Below, in pieces: positions 1-7,723 of a DNA stretch of 39,234 nucleotides; positions within the stretch are counted from its first letter, which is position 1; each line of letters opens with the position of its first letter. Both the position numbers and the translations under genes were made by a program. The stretch spans positions 1 to 39,234 of the forward strand of contig JBNMNM010000002.1 in NCBI GenBank assembly GCA_051275585.1, in the 5' to 3' direction. The stretch is from a bacterium (GTDB taxonomy: Bacteria; SAR324; XYD2-FULL-50-16; JBNMNM01). Under the pieces are notes generated by a model. That model made no database searches and was not told the DNA's origin. It saw nothing but the letters and a program-made list of their open reading frames with translations.

Positions 1-229
1 TATATTCAATAATTTGATTTAAAATATCAGCTAATTCTGTTTTCCTTCCAGTTCCAAGCTCTAATATTTTCATCTTATTAAGATGATGAATAGAACCATA
101 ATATTTTTCTAAAATATAAATAATGGGTGAGAAAGGATGTAGGATTGTTTCATCTCTTCCTAACCAAGGAAGGATACTATAATTAAAGTTTTCTTCATTC
201 TGATGATTTTCTAACGTAGCCCATTCCAT
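1..229 (-). CDS. hypothetical protein, N-terminal part only (runs off the window start)
   Basis: Not in the supplied track because there is no stop in the window. A reverse-strand ATG at 229 reads MEWATLENHQNEENFNYSILPWLGRDETILHPFSPIIYILEKYYGSIHHLNKMKILELGTGRKTELADIL and stays open to position 1. 'ILELGTG' weakly resembles SAM-methyltransferase motif I. It lies 21 nt downstream of the ribF stop on the same strand. Confidence 0.35.
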   Translation of the reverse strand, partial: MEWATLENHQNEENFNYSILPWLGRDETILHPFSPIIYILEKYYGSIHHLNKMKILELGTGRKTELADILNQIIEY

Positions 230-250
230 AAATTATACTAACTCCAACAC

Positions 251-1186
251 TTAACAAAAATAAGATTTTGCAATTTTAAGATCTTCCTGAATTTGTTGTT
301 GTAAGTGCTCTAAATTAGGAAAAGCTTGCTCAGGACGAATAAATTGAATTGGAAATACTTCTACAGTTTCTCCATAAATTTCGTCTTGAAAATCAAATAA
401 GTGAGTTTCAACAGAAAGTTTTTGGTTATTAGCAATTGTAGGTCGTACACCAATATTACAAATTCCATGAATTAATTGGTCTTCATATTTTACTTCGCAG
501 ATATAAACACCATTTTGAATTGGTAATCGAATCGAAGGATAAATATTAATTGTAGGAAAACCAATTGTTCTGCCAAGTTGTTTTCCTTGTTCAACAATAC
601 CTGTAATTGACCAACGTCGACCTAATGCTTGCTCTGCTTGTTGAAATTGATTTTTCAACAATAATTTTCTTACAAATGTACTTGAAATGCTAACTGAATC
701 TACTTGGAAAGGCCCAAATTTTTCAAACTCGATTTGATTTTCTTTTGCCATTTGCTCAAGTAAATTTGAAGATCCTTCTCGTTTTCGTCCAAAATTAAAA
801 TCATATCCAACAATAATTTTTTTTAGTTGAAATGGCTCAAAAAGATAATTTTGAATAAAATCTTCTGGAGAAAGACTTGCAAATTCTTTATTAAAAGGAA
901 TAGCAAATGCAGAATCCAATCCTAATTTTTTACAAAAATCCCATTTTTGGTCTTCGTTATAAATCATAGGAGGTGGATTATCAGGTTGTAGTACCTGCCT
1001 AGGATGAGGAGAAAATGTTAAAAGACCAGCTTTTGTTCCAAATTTATTTTTTTCATTAATAACACGTTGAACTAATGCTTGATGTCCGAGGTGGAAACCA
1101 TCAAAGTTTCCAATTGTAATAGCCCAAGCACCTTTAGTGGTATCTGTTGTAAATGGCTTTGGAATGAGTGAAATCTGGTTCATCAT
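251..1186 (-). CDS. ribF: bifunctional riboflavin kinase / FMN adenylyltransferase
   Basis: 311 aa. N-terminal nucleotidyltransferase motif GNFDGFHLGHQALV. C-terminal riboflavin-kinase motifs GRTIGFPTINI and ETHLFDF..DIYG. Length is typical of RibF. Confidence 0.93.
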   Translation of the reverse strand: MMNQISLIPKPFTTDTTKGAWAITIGNFDGFHLGHQALVQRVINEKNKFGTKAGLLTFSPHPRQVLQPDNPPPMIYNEDQKWDFCKKLGLDSAFAIPFNKEFASLSPEDFIQNYLFEPFQLKKIIVGYDFNFGRKREGSSNLLEQMAKENQIEFEKFGPFQVDSVSISSTFVRKLLLKNQFQQAEQALGRRWSITGIVEQGKQLGRTIGFPTINIYPSIRLPIQNGVYICEVKYEDQLIHGICNIGVRPTIANNQKLSVETHLFDFQDEIYGETVEVFPIQFIRPEQAFPNLEHLQQQIQEDLKIAKSYFC

Positions 1187-1356
1187 TAACGTTTTAGGTT
1201 ACTTCCTTAAGATTGATTGCAAAATAGTTTCCAATTCTTCACAGATTTTTTCTCTTTCAACAAGAAGGATTTTTTATTTTTCTTGCTGAAAACGTTGCTT
1301 TTTGAAAAAGCTGGTTAGTATTGTTCTGTTAAATTGTAAAGTAATTACGCATTTTT

Positions 1357-2265
1357 ATGAAAAAATTATTATTAGATTCATCGAGTCCAAGTATCAAAAA
1401 TAAATCAAGCCGAGTTCGCCAAATGGCTGGAACATATAAGAGTTCTGATTTTGATCGTTTGGCAAAACAAGTTGATGGGAAAGCAATTTTAATTGTTTTA
1501 ACCTTAAATACTAATTGTGAAGAATGTGCAACTACACAATATTTTATTTCTCAATTAGAAGAAGGTTTAATTTATAGAATGCCAAAACTGGTATTTATTT
1601 ATGGTTTCAGTAATAAATTATTGCCTGATCCATCACGAGAAAAAAGCGTCTCTGAAGAAGAAGAGACCTTAAATTCTGATAAAAGTGAAGAGGTTTTAAA
1701 AACTAACAATGAGGATGAAGAATTACCAAAGCAAGAAATGAATGCTGTGGTTGAGGATGAAACACCTACAGAAAACTTACCAGATGCAGAAAATGAAAAA
1801 CCAAAAATATTAAGAGATAGTCGTGTTCTTGAATGGGAGTCTCACCCCTATGGGCATGGTTATAGTGTTTTTTGTAATAATGAAGTAAGTCATTTTTTAG
1901 AGTATGATCATAGTAAATTTAAAAATACAATTATTGATTTTGTACGAAGATTTGACTCTATTATACAAACACTTCCAAACCTTTCAGCAAAACGAAAATT
2001 TCTTGAAGATAAAAAAACAGGCATTATTATTGAGACAGGCCCCACAACGCTATATTCCAAAATTTTGACTGTAGAGGCCAATGTTCGAAAACAAGAAAAA
2101 AAAATTAAAGTCCCAATCTATTTCTTAACGGGGTTTAGTGATGAAATTTCAGTGATTTCTGATGGGGAAATAGTTTGGAAACAAAAAGGATTGAATATTG
2201 AGAAGGTTCTTCGTAAAGCTGTTAAATTTAAGCTAAAAGTACATGAAAAAAAATCAACAACATAA
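1357..2265 (+). CDS. hypothetical protein with a thioredoxin-like CxxC (CEEC) segment and an acidic low-complexity insert
   Basis: 302-aa ORF, long for a stop-rich AT-rich genome. It has 'ILIVLTLNTNCEECATTQYF...KLVFIY' followed by a roughly 70-aa D/E-rich stretch. I recognise no family. Its 3' end overlaps the queG start by 23 nt. Confidence 0.6.
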   Translation: MKKLLLDSSSPSIKNKSSRVRQMAGTYKSSDFDRLAKQVDGKAILIVLTLNTNCEECATTQYFISQLEEGLIYRMPKLVFIYGFSNKLLPDPSREKSVSEEEETLNSDKSEEVLKTNNEDEELPKQEMNAVVEDETPTENLPDAENEKPKILRDSRVLEWESHPYGHGYSVFCNNEVSHFLEYDHSKFKNTIIDFVRRFDSIIQTLPNLSAKRKFLEDKKTGIIIETGPTTLYSKILTVEANVRKQEKKIKVPIYFLTGFSDEISVISDGEIVWKQKGLNIEKVLRKAVKFKLKVHEKKSTT

Positions 2266-3181
2266 ACAAACAATTCAAGAAATTTTTCAAAAACATGGAT
2301 TTTCTTCTGTTGGTTTCCTTGCTGCTGAGGATGCTTTTCTTGGAAATTGGTTAGAAGGCTGGTTAGAAAATGGATATCAAGCTGATATGAATTGGATGAA
2401 GAATAATCAAGAAATCCGTTCAAATCCTACAACGATTGAACCTTATGTAAAAACAATTATTATTGGAACATACCCTTATTATACAACGCCACCAGATGGA
2501 TGGGAAAAAGAAAATAAAATTAGTAATTATGCATGGGGAAAAGATTACCATAAAATTTTAAAGAAAAAATTGATTCAAATCAGTAATGAAATCAAAGAAA
2601 TCATTCCAGAATTTGAAGGAAGAGCCTTTGTTGACTCTGCACCATTGCCTGAAAAAATTTTGGGACAAAAAACAGGATTAGGATGGATTGGAAAAAATAG
2701 TTTATTAATTCATCCTAAAAAAGGTTCTTATTTTTTTTTAGGGGAACTAGTTACTAACTTAGAACTTGATTCTAGTACTCCAATTAAAGATTACTGCGGT
2801 AATTGTACTCGTTGTATTACTGCATGCCCTACAGATGCAATTCTTCCCAATAAAACGGTTGATGCGAATCGATGTATTTCATGGCTTACAATTGAGAAGG
2901 CAGGAGATTTTTCAATTGATGAAGAAAAAATGCTCTCGTATCAAATTTTTGGTTGTGATATTTGCCAACAAGTATGTCCGTGGAACCGTGAAGCAGAGCA
3001 AACACAGGATTCTTCTTTTCAATGTGATCCAAAATGGCTAGATCTTAGCGTGCCTGACTTTGCCAATATGGAAGAAATACAGTTTGAGCAGTTGAAACAA
3101 TCAAGTCCTGTAAAGCGACCTAAAATTACAGGAATTCGACGTAATGCCACAGCAATCCTTAATAATCAAAAACAGAAATAA
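2243..3181 (+). CDS. queG: epoxyqueuosine reductase
   Basis: 312 aa. Two 4Fe-4S ferredoxin motifs, CGNCTRCITACP and CDICQQVCPWN. The N-terminus (FQKHGFSSVGF) and WIGKNSLLI are typical of QueG. Confidence 0.9.
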   Translation: MKKNQQHKQTIQEIFQKHGFSSVGFLAAEDAFLGNWLEGWLENGYQADMNWMKNNQEIRSNPTTIEPYVKTIIIGTYPYYTTPPDGWEKENKISNYAWGKDYHKILKKKLIQISNEIKEIIPEFEGRAFVDSAPLPEKILGQKTGLGWIGKNSLLIHPKKGSYFFLGELVTNLELDSSTPIKDYCGNCTRCITACPTDAILPNKTVDANRCISWLTIEKAGDFSIDEEKMLSYQIFGCDICQQVCPWNREAEQTQDSSFQCDPKWLDLSVPDFANMEEIQFEQLKQSSPVKRPKITGIRRNATAILNNQKQK

Positions 3182-3186
3182 AAAAT

Positions 3187-3756
3187 ATGAAAAAACCAGC
3201 TATTTTTATTGATCGAGATGGAACTTTAATTCACGAAAAACATTACCTTTCTAAGCTAGAAGATATTCAATTTTATGATGATGTTGCTGGTTGTTTAAAA
3301 CAATTAAAAGATGCTGGATACTGGCTGATTGTAATTACAAACCAATCAGGAGTTTCAAGAGGATATTTTCCAGAAAAATTTGTAGATGAAGCTTACCAAT
3401 CAATGAATGAAATTTTAGGTGATACTATTCAGCTTGATGGACAGTTTTATTGTCCACATCGAATTCCAGGAAATCCTCCATATAATATTAAATGTGATTG
3501 TAGAAAACCTGAAACAGGAATGATTGATCAAGCAGAGCAAGCATTTGAAATTGACCTAGAGAATTCATTTATGTTGGGTGATAAGCTTTGTGATGTTCAA
3601 CTTGCGGAAAATAAAAAAATTCAAGGAATTATGCTTTTAACAGGACATGGCGAAGAAGAGGAAGAAAAAGTAAGAGGAAAATTACCACATATTCCGATTT
3701 TCGAAAATTTTAGAAAAGCAACACAGTTCATTTTAGAGCAGAATCAAAAAAAGTAA
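3187..3756 (+). CDS. gmhB: D-glycero-D-manno-heptose 1,7-bisphosphate phosphatase (HAD, HisB-N/GmhB family)
   Basis: 189 aa. HAD motif I FIDRDGTLI, motif II ITNQSG, and the Zn-loop YCPH...CDCRKP that is diagnostic of the GmhB/HisB-N family. It starts 5 nt after queG. Confidence 0.85.
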   Translation: MKKPAIFIDRDGTLIHEKHYLSKLEDIQFYDDVAGCLKQLKDAGYWLIVITNQSGVSRGYFPEKFVDEAYQSMNEILGDTIQLDGQFYCPHRIPGNPPYNIKCDCRKPETGMIDQAEQAFEIDLENSFMLGDKLCDVQLAENKKIQGIMLLTGHGEEEEEKVRGKLPHIPIFENFRKATQFILEQNQKK

Positions 3757-3840
3757 TGTTCAAGACATAACTTTTAAGATAAAATTTTCTCTGATATCTT
3801 TTTATTTATTGATCGATTTTTGAATTAAACTACTAAATCA

Positions 3841-4512
3841 ATGCTAGAAAAAACAAAAGCTTCATTACAATTACTTAGTCAAAGTGCTCTTCTTATTTTG
3901 CGTACAATTTTAGGATATGGATTTTTTGCATGTCTTTTAAATATTACATTAATTGCTTTTTTACGTCCTGAACTATCTCTGTTTTGGAGAGGGAAAACCT
4001 TTGTAACTGGAAAACTATTATTTATTTTATCAACTCTTATGTTTAGTTTTGTTTTTCCTTTTTTGTTTGTATTATTAGGAAAAAAACAAGGTATTTTAAA
4101 AGCTTTGAATTACATTTTTACTTCTCAAAAAACGCTATTGATTGAGTACGTACTAGAAAAATTTATTGAGTATTCAAAAACAGAAAAGGGTGAAAAAAAA
4201 GTAACATCTACAGGAGATATTATTGGAAGTTTGCAACTTTATTTAAAGAGTATGGAAAACCTCCCTTTAGTATTACGTTGGATCTGTGGTTTTTTTACCC
4301 AAAAAGTCGATTTTGTAGGAATTACAACTCAGTTAATTGAAGCAGAACAGATTAATTCAGAGACATTAGCTTCAGAAAATTTTATTTCTAGTGTTTCTAT
4401 TGAACTGAGTAATCGCTTATCTACAGGAATGTGGAAAACAAACTATTTTTATTTTTTCTTATTAGCTTCAATAAATACTGCACTTTTTGCAGTAATTAAA
4501 TTTTCTTATTAA
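3841..4512 (+). CDS. hypothetical integral membrane protein
   Basis: 223-aa ORF with hydrophobic helices at the N-terminus (residues about 15-80) and the C-terminus. No recognisable family and no clear Shine-Dalgarno. Confidence 0.55.
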   Translation: MLEKTKASLQLLSQSALLILRTILGYGFFACLLNITLIAFLRPELSLFWRGKTFVTGKLLFILSTLMFSFVFPFLFVLLGKKQGILKALNYIFTSQKTLLIEYVLEKFIEYSKTEKGEKKVTSTGDIIGSLQLYLKSMENLPLVLRWICGFFTQKVDFVGITTQLIEAEQINSETLASENFISSVSIELSNRLSTGMWKTNYFYFFLLASINTALFAVIKFSY

Positions 4513-4573
4513 GAAGTGCTCCATCAACACAGGTTATTGTAAGCAATTTGATAGGAGAGGAGAGAGAAGTCAG

Positions 4574-5596
4574 ATGAAAAAACTATGGTTACTATGTTAT
4601 CTTACTTTGTTTTCAAGTGTAGCATTTGGTCAATATCTCCAACCAAGTCAAGTGGTAACTCCATCCCTTGATCCTACCTTTATTTCAGAGTTAGGTTCTA
4701 CAGGTTCGTGGAGATTATATCATTCAGCAGGAATTGCTTATAATCAGGGAGATGGAAGTAAAAAGTACACATCATCAGATAATAAAAAATTAGCTGATAC
4801 TGAAAGTTTTTTTTTGGGTGGAATGGCCGCTTTAAAAGGAAAATGGTTTGCTATTGAAATTGCTGGAATAGGAGAGAATCAGATGAAATGGAGTAGTACT
4901 GATGCTTCTTCTGATTCTTCAAAAATCAAAGAGAGTGGAGCATTAGCAAATGTTGCTGTTCTTTTTGGTGATAATATTTCAATTGGATTGCAATACCAAA
5001 GTATTAGTGGTGAAGAAATTACATCTACAAATACATATACTTATACTGATAATGTCTCTGGTGCGAGTGTTTCCATAAGATTATTCTCCTCATTTTATCT
5101 TTCAGGTGGGAATAACAAACATACTCTTAAATATGATCAAGTAAATGATTTTTCTATTGAATGGACTGATGCTTTTTTTGGTGCAGCAATTCGGGCAGGG
5201 ATGGATGGAGGAACCCAATTTCGTTTAGAATATGCAATAAAAAGGTCATCTGAAAAATATCGGCAAGATGCAACTACTTCTCTTACTGTTCATCATGGAG
5301 ATACAGAGCAGGAACAGATTGCAATGGAACTAAAAATTTCTGATTTATTACTATCTGTAAGTCACATATCTGCAACAGAAAATTTTGAAGATTATTTAGG
5401 AACTTCAGATGAAGATCGAACAATTGAAACTGAAGCTGATAAATTTGGAATTGCATTAATTCCTAAAGAGCGAGTTCTTTTGAGTTTTTATGTTAATCAA
5501 ATCAGACGAAAAAATATAAAAATAACAAGTTCTTTTAATTCAATTAAAAAAACAGAACACCAATCTTATGAGTTTAGAATTGGTTATCGCTTCTAA
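4574..5596 (+). CDS. predicted outer-membrane beta-barrel protein (paralog 1)
   Basis: 340 aa. GGAGAGG Shine-Dalgarno upstream. Signal peptide MKKLWLLCYLTLFSSVAFG. Alternating amphipathic beta-strand pattern and a C-terminal ...FRIGYRF ending in Phe, the usual OMP signature. Shares the mature N-terminus QVVTPSLDPT with the next gene. Confidence 0.7.
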   Translation: MKKLWLLCYLTLFSSVAFGQYLQPSQVVTPSLDPTFISELGSTGSWRLYHSAGIAYNQGDGSKKYTSSDNKKLADTESFFLGGMAALKGKWFAIEIAGIGENQMKWSSTDASSDSSKIKESGALANVAVLFGDNISIGLQYQSISGEEITSTNTYTYTDNVSGASVSIRLFSSFYLSGGNNKHTLKYDQVNDFSIEWTDAFFGAAIRAGMDGGTQFRLEYAIKRSSEKYRQDATTSLTVHHGDTEQEQIAMELKISDLLLSVSHISATENFEDYLGTSDEDRTIETEADKFGIALIPKERVLLSFYVNQIRRKNIKITSSFNSIKKTEHQSYEFRIGYRF

Positions 5597-5641
5597 TTGA
5601 GTAAAATTTCATTAGTGTACTATTTTATAAGGAGATATAAT

Positions 5642-6613
5642 ATGAAAAAGGTCTTATTAATATTACTTTTATTATGTTCTTTTAGTTTAAGTAGTCTTCA
5701 TGCACAAGTTGTGACTCCATCTCTTGATCCAACTCAATTAAATATAATTCCAACGAGTATTAGTTGGAGATTTGGAAATACAATTGGTGGTTCGTATTCT
5801 ACAGGTACAGGATCATATAAACCCGCAGGTGTCACTACAGACGATATCACTCATAATGGATGGAATGCTTTAATGGCATTTCAACCAGGACAATATACAA
5901 TTGAATTATCGCAAGCGGTTGATGAGTTTTCTTATAAAGATTCAACATCAGATGGATATACTGCTACTACAAAAAATGTAATGCTTGCTCTAAGAGGGTT
6001 AGATTTCATTTCATTAGGAATTAACCAAAAAATTAATACAACTGAGTATAATTCTCGAACAGAAAAAGTAAAACAAACAACGACAGGTGCAAGTCTATCA
6101 TTTCGTTTTTGGGATCACTTATATATAGGTGGTGGTGTTGAAAGAGTGGTTGAAAATCAATCTGATTTGGTTAAAAATACATGGGAAAATAATTATTATG
6201 GGATTGCCTTAATGGGAGGACGTCCTAAAATGAATCGTTTTCGTATTGAATACGCTATAATGACCTCAAATTCCTCTACTGAAGCAACAGAAGGATCTTT
6301 AGGAGCAAATACACATAATGGTTCTCAGACAGTATATCAATCAGTTGAATTTGTTTTTGGAGCAATGTTGTTTGCATATCGTAAAGATATAAAAACAGAA
6401 AATACAGAAACAACTGGAAGTACATCAGTAAGTGATACAGTGACTACGATTGATAATTATGGTATAGGATGGCTTTCTGATTCTGGTTGGATTTTGAATT
6501 TTTATAAAGTTGATTGGAAGAAAGAGCAAGATTCGACTGTAAGTAGTCTTACAACTACAAGTTCACTTGAAGGTAGTTCTTGGAAAGTGAGTTTTGGTTA
6601 TAATTTCTTTTAG
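5642..6613 (+). CDS. predicted outer-membrane beta-barrel protein (paralog 2)
   Basis: The track ORF opens at a TTG at 5597. I prefer the ATG at 5642, which has an AGGAG Shine-Dalgarno at 5631-5635. Signal peptide MKKVLLILLLLCSFSLSSLHA, then QVVTPSLDPT. The C-terminus is ...VSFGYNFF. Confidence 0.7.
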   Translation: MKKVLLILLLLCSFSLSSLHAQVVTPSLDPTQLNIIPTSISWRFGNTIGGSYSTGTGSYKPAGVTTDDITHNGWNALMAFQPGQYTIELSQAVDEFSYKDSTSDGYTATTKNVMLALRGLDFISLGINQKINTTEYNSRTEKVKQTTTGASLSFRFWDHLYIGGGVERVVENQSDLVKNTWENNYYGIALMGGRPKMNRFRIEYAIMTSNSSTEATEGSLGANTHNGSQTVYQSVEFVFGAMLFAYRKDIKTENTETTGSTSVSDTVTTIDNYGIGWLSDSGWILNFYKVDWKKEQDSTVSSLTTTSSLEGSSWKVSFGYNFF

Positions 6614-6815
6614 CTTTAAGTATCTATTATTTAGGGCATAATTGTTTTTTAAAATAATTAGCAACAAAGATTTCTTGCGAGTATTGTTGTTGGTTGTTAG
6701 TTGATAACTAGAACTAAGACAGTCATATCAAAAATCATATCTTGATGTTATCTAAATAAGTTTTGTCATTCTTTTTTTCAACGATTACTTTGCTTATAGG
6801 AATGGGTTTAAATTA

Positions 6816-7709
6816 ATGAAAGTATTAATTTCTGGTTCTTCTGGTTTTATTGGAAAAAGTTTAACAACATTTTTATCAAATCATCGTTTTATTGTTTATC
6901 AACTTACTCGTAATAAAAAAGAAGTAAGTGAGTATCAAATTTATTGGAATCCTGAATTAGGTGAAATAGAACGTGATCGTTTAGAAGATATTGATATTGT
7001 TATTCATCTCGCAGGAGAAAATATTGCTTCTGGACGATGGAGCCAAGAAAAAAAGAAATTGATTCTAGAAAGTCGAATTCAAGGTACAAATTTACTGTGC
7101 AAAACGTTAAAATCATTAAAAAATCCACCAAGTTTATTATTATCAGCATCGGCCATTGGTTATTATGGTAATCGTGGCGATGAGCTTCTATATGAAAAAA
7201 GTGAAGTTGGTGAAGGCTTTTTAGCTAATGTTTGTCAGCAATGGGAAGATGCAACACTTCCAGCAAAGGAAAAAGGAATTCGGGTGGTTCACCTGCGTTT
7301 TGGAATGATTTTAGGAAAAGGAGGCCCTCTTAAAAAAATGTTACTTCCTTTTCGATATGGTCTTGGTGGAACTGTTGGTAGTGGAAATCAGTATACAAGT
7401 TGGATGGCTATTGATGATGTTCTAAATGCGATTTTATACCTGATTAATTATAAAAAAGTTGAAGGCCCAGTAAATATGGTGAGTCCTCAACCAATTACAA
7501 ATAAAGAGCTGACAAGGGTCATTGGAAAAATTTTAAATCGACCAACTTTTATGTTTGTTCCTGCATTTGGAGTCCGCCTAGTTTTAGGTGAGCTTGCAGA
7601 TGAAATATTACTTGCGAGTAATAATGTAAAACCAAATGTTCTTCAAACAATTGGGTACTCATTTCGTTTTCGTATGCTTGAAGAAACATTGGAATATTTA
7701 TTAAGATAA
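6816..7709 (+). CDS. NAD-dependent epimerase/dehydratase-fold protein, YfcH-like (TIGR01777-type with C-terminal DUF1731-like region)
   Basis: 297 aa. Rossmann motif ISGSSGFIGKSL at the N-terminus. Length and C-terminal region resemble the YfcH family. The family name comes from memory, not a search. Confidence 0.8.
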   Translation: MKVLISGSSGFIGKSLTTFLSNHRFIVYQLTRNKKEVSEYQIYWNPELGEIERDRLEDIDIVIHLAGENIASGRWSQEKKKLILESRIQGTNLLCKTLKSLKNPPSLLLSASAIGYYGNRGDELLYEKSEVGEGFLANVCQQWEDATLPAKEKGIRVVHLRFGMILGKGGPLKKMLLPFRYGLGGTVGSGNQYTSWMAIDDVLNAILYLINYKKVEGPVNMVSPQPITNKELTRVIGKILNRPTFMFVPAFGVRLVLGELADEILLASNNVKPNVLQTIGYSFRFRMLEETLEYLLR

Positions 7710-7723
7710 GAAGCTACTTATAG

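Noticed and set aside
1297-1311. Short palindrome GCTTTTTGAAAAAGC in the divergent region between ribF and the unknown gene.
   Set aside because: It is a 7-bp-arm, A/T-dominated palindrome in AT-rich DNA, and it is only a single instance. I cannot distinguish it from chance without comparative data.
2246-2253. An A8 homopolymer at the overlap of the 302-aa ORF and queG, raising the possibility of a frameshift, a sequencing error or a fused gene.
   Set aside because: queG has a normal N-terminus starting at the ATG at 2243, and the upstream ORF ends cleanly. No fusion is needed to explain either protein.
2118-2423. 101-aa minus-strand ORF overlapping the end of the 302-aa gene and the start of queG. 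The same applies to the other track ORFs embedded inside, or straddling the edge of, larger genes in another frame or strand: 2766-3041, 9328-9510, 9613-9795, 10611-10832, 12525-12809, 12846-13133, 15221-15490, 15773-15988, 19008-19202, 24244-24435, 24255-24452, 25297-25485, 27307-27654, 27852-28076, 28751-28948 and 35550-35753.
   Set aside because: Each lies wholly or mostly within a longer ORF that has clear family motifs (queG, Mo-oxidoreductase, kinase, glmS, pdxB, ftsZ, ftsA, UbiD family, holA). Their sequences are low-complexity and motif-free, so they are shadow ORFs.
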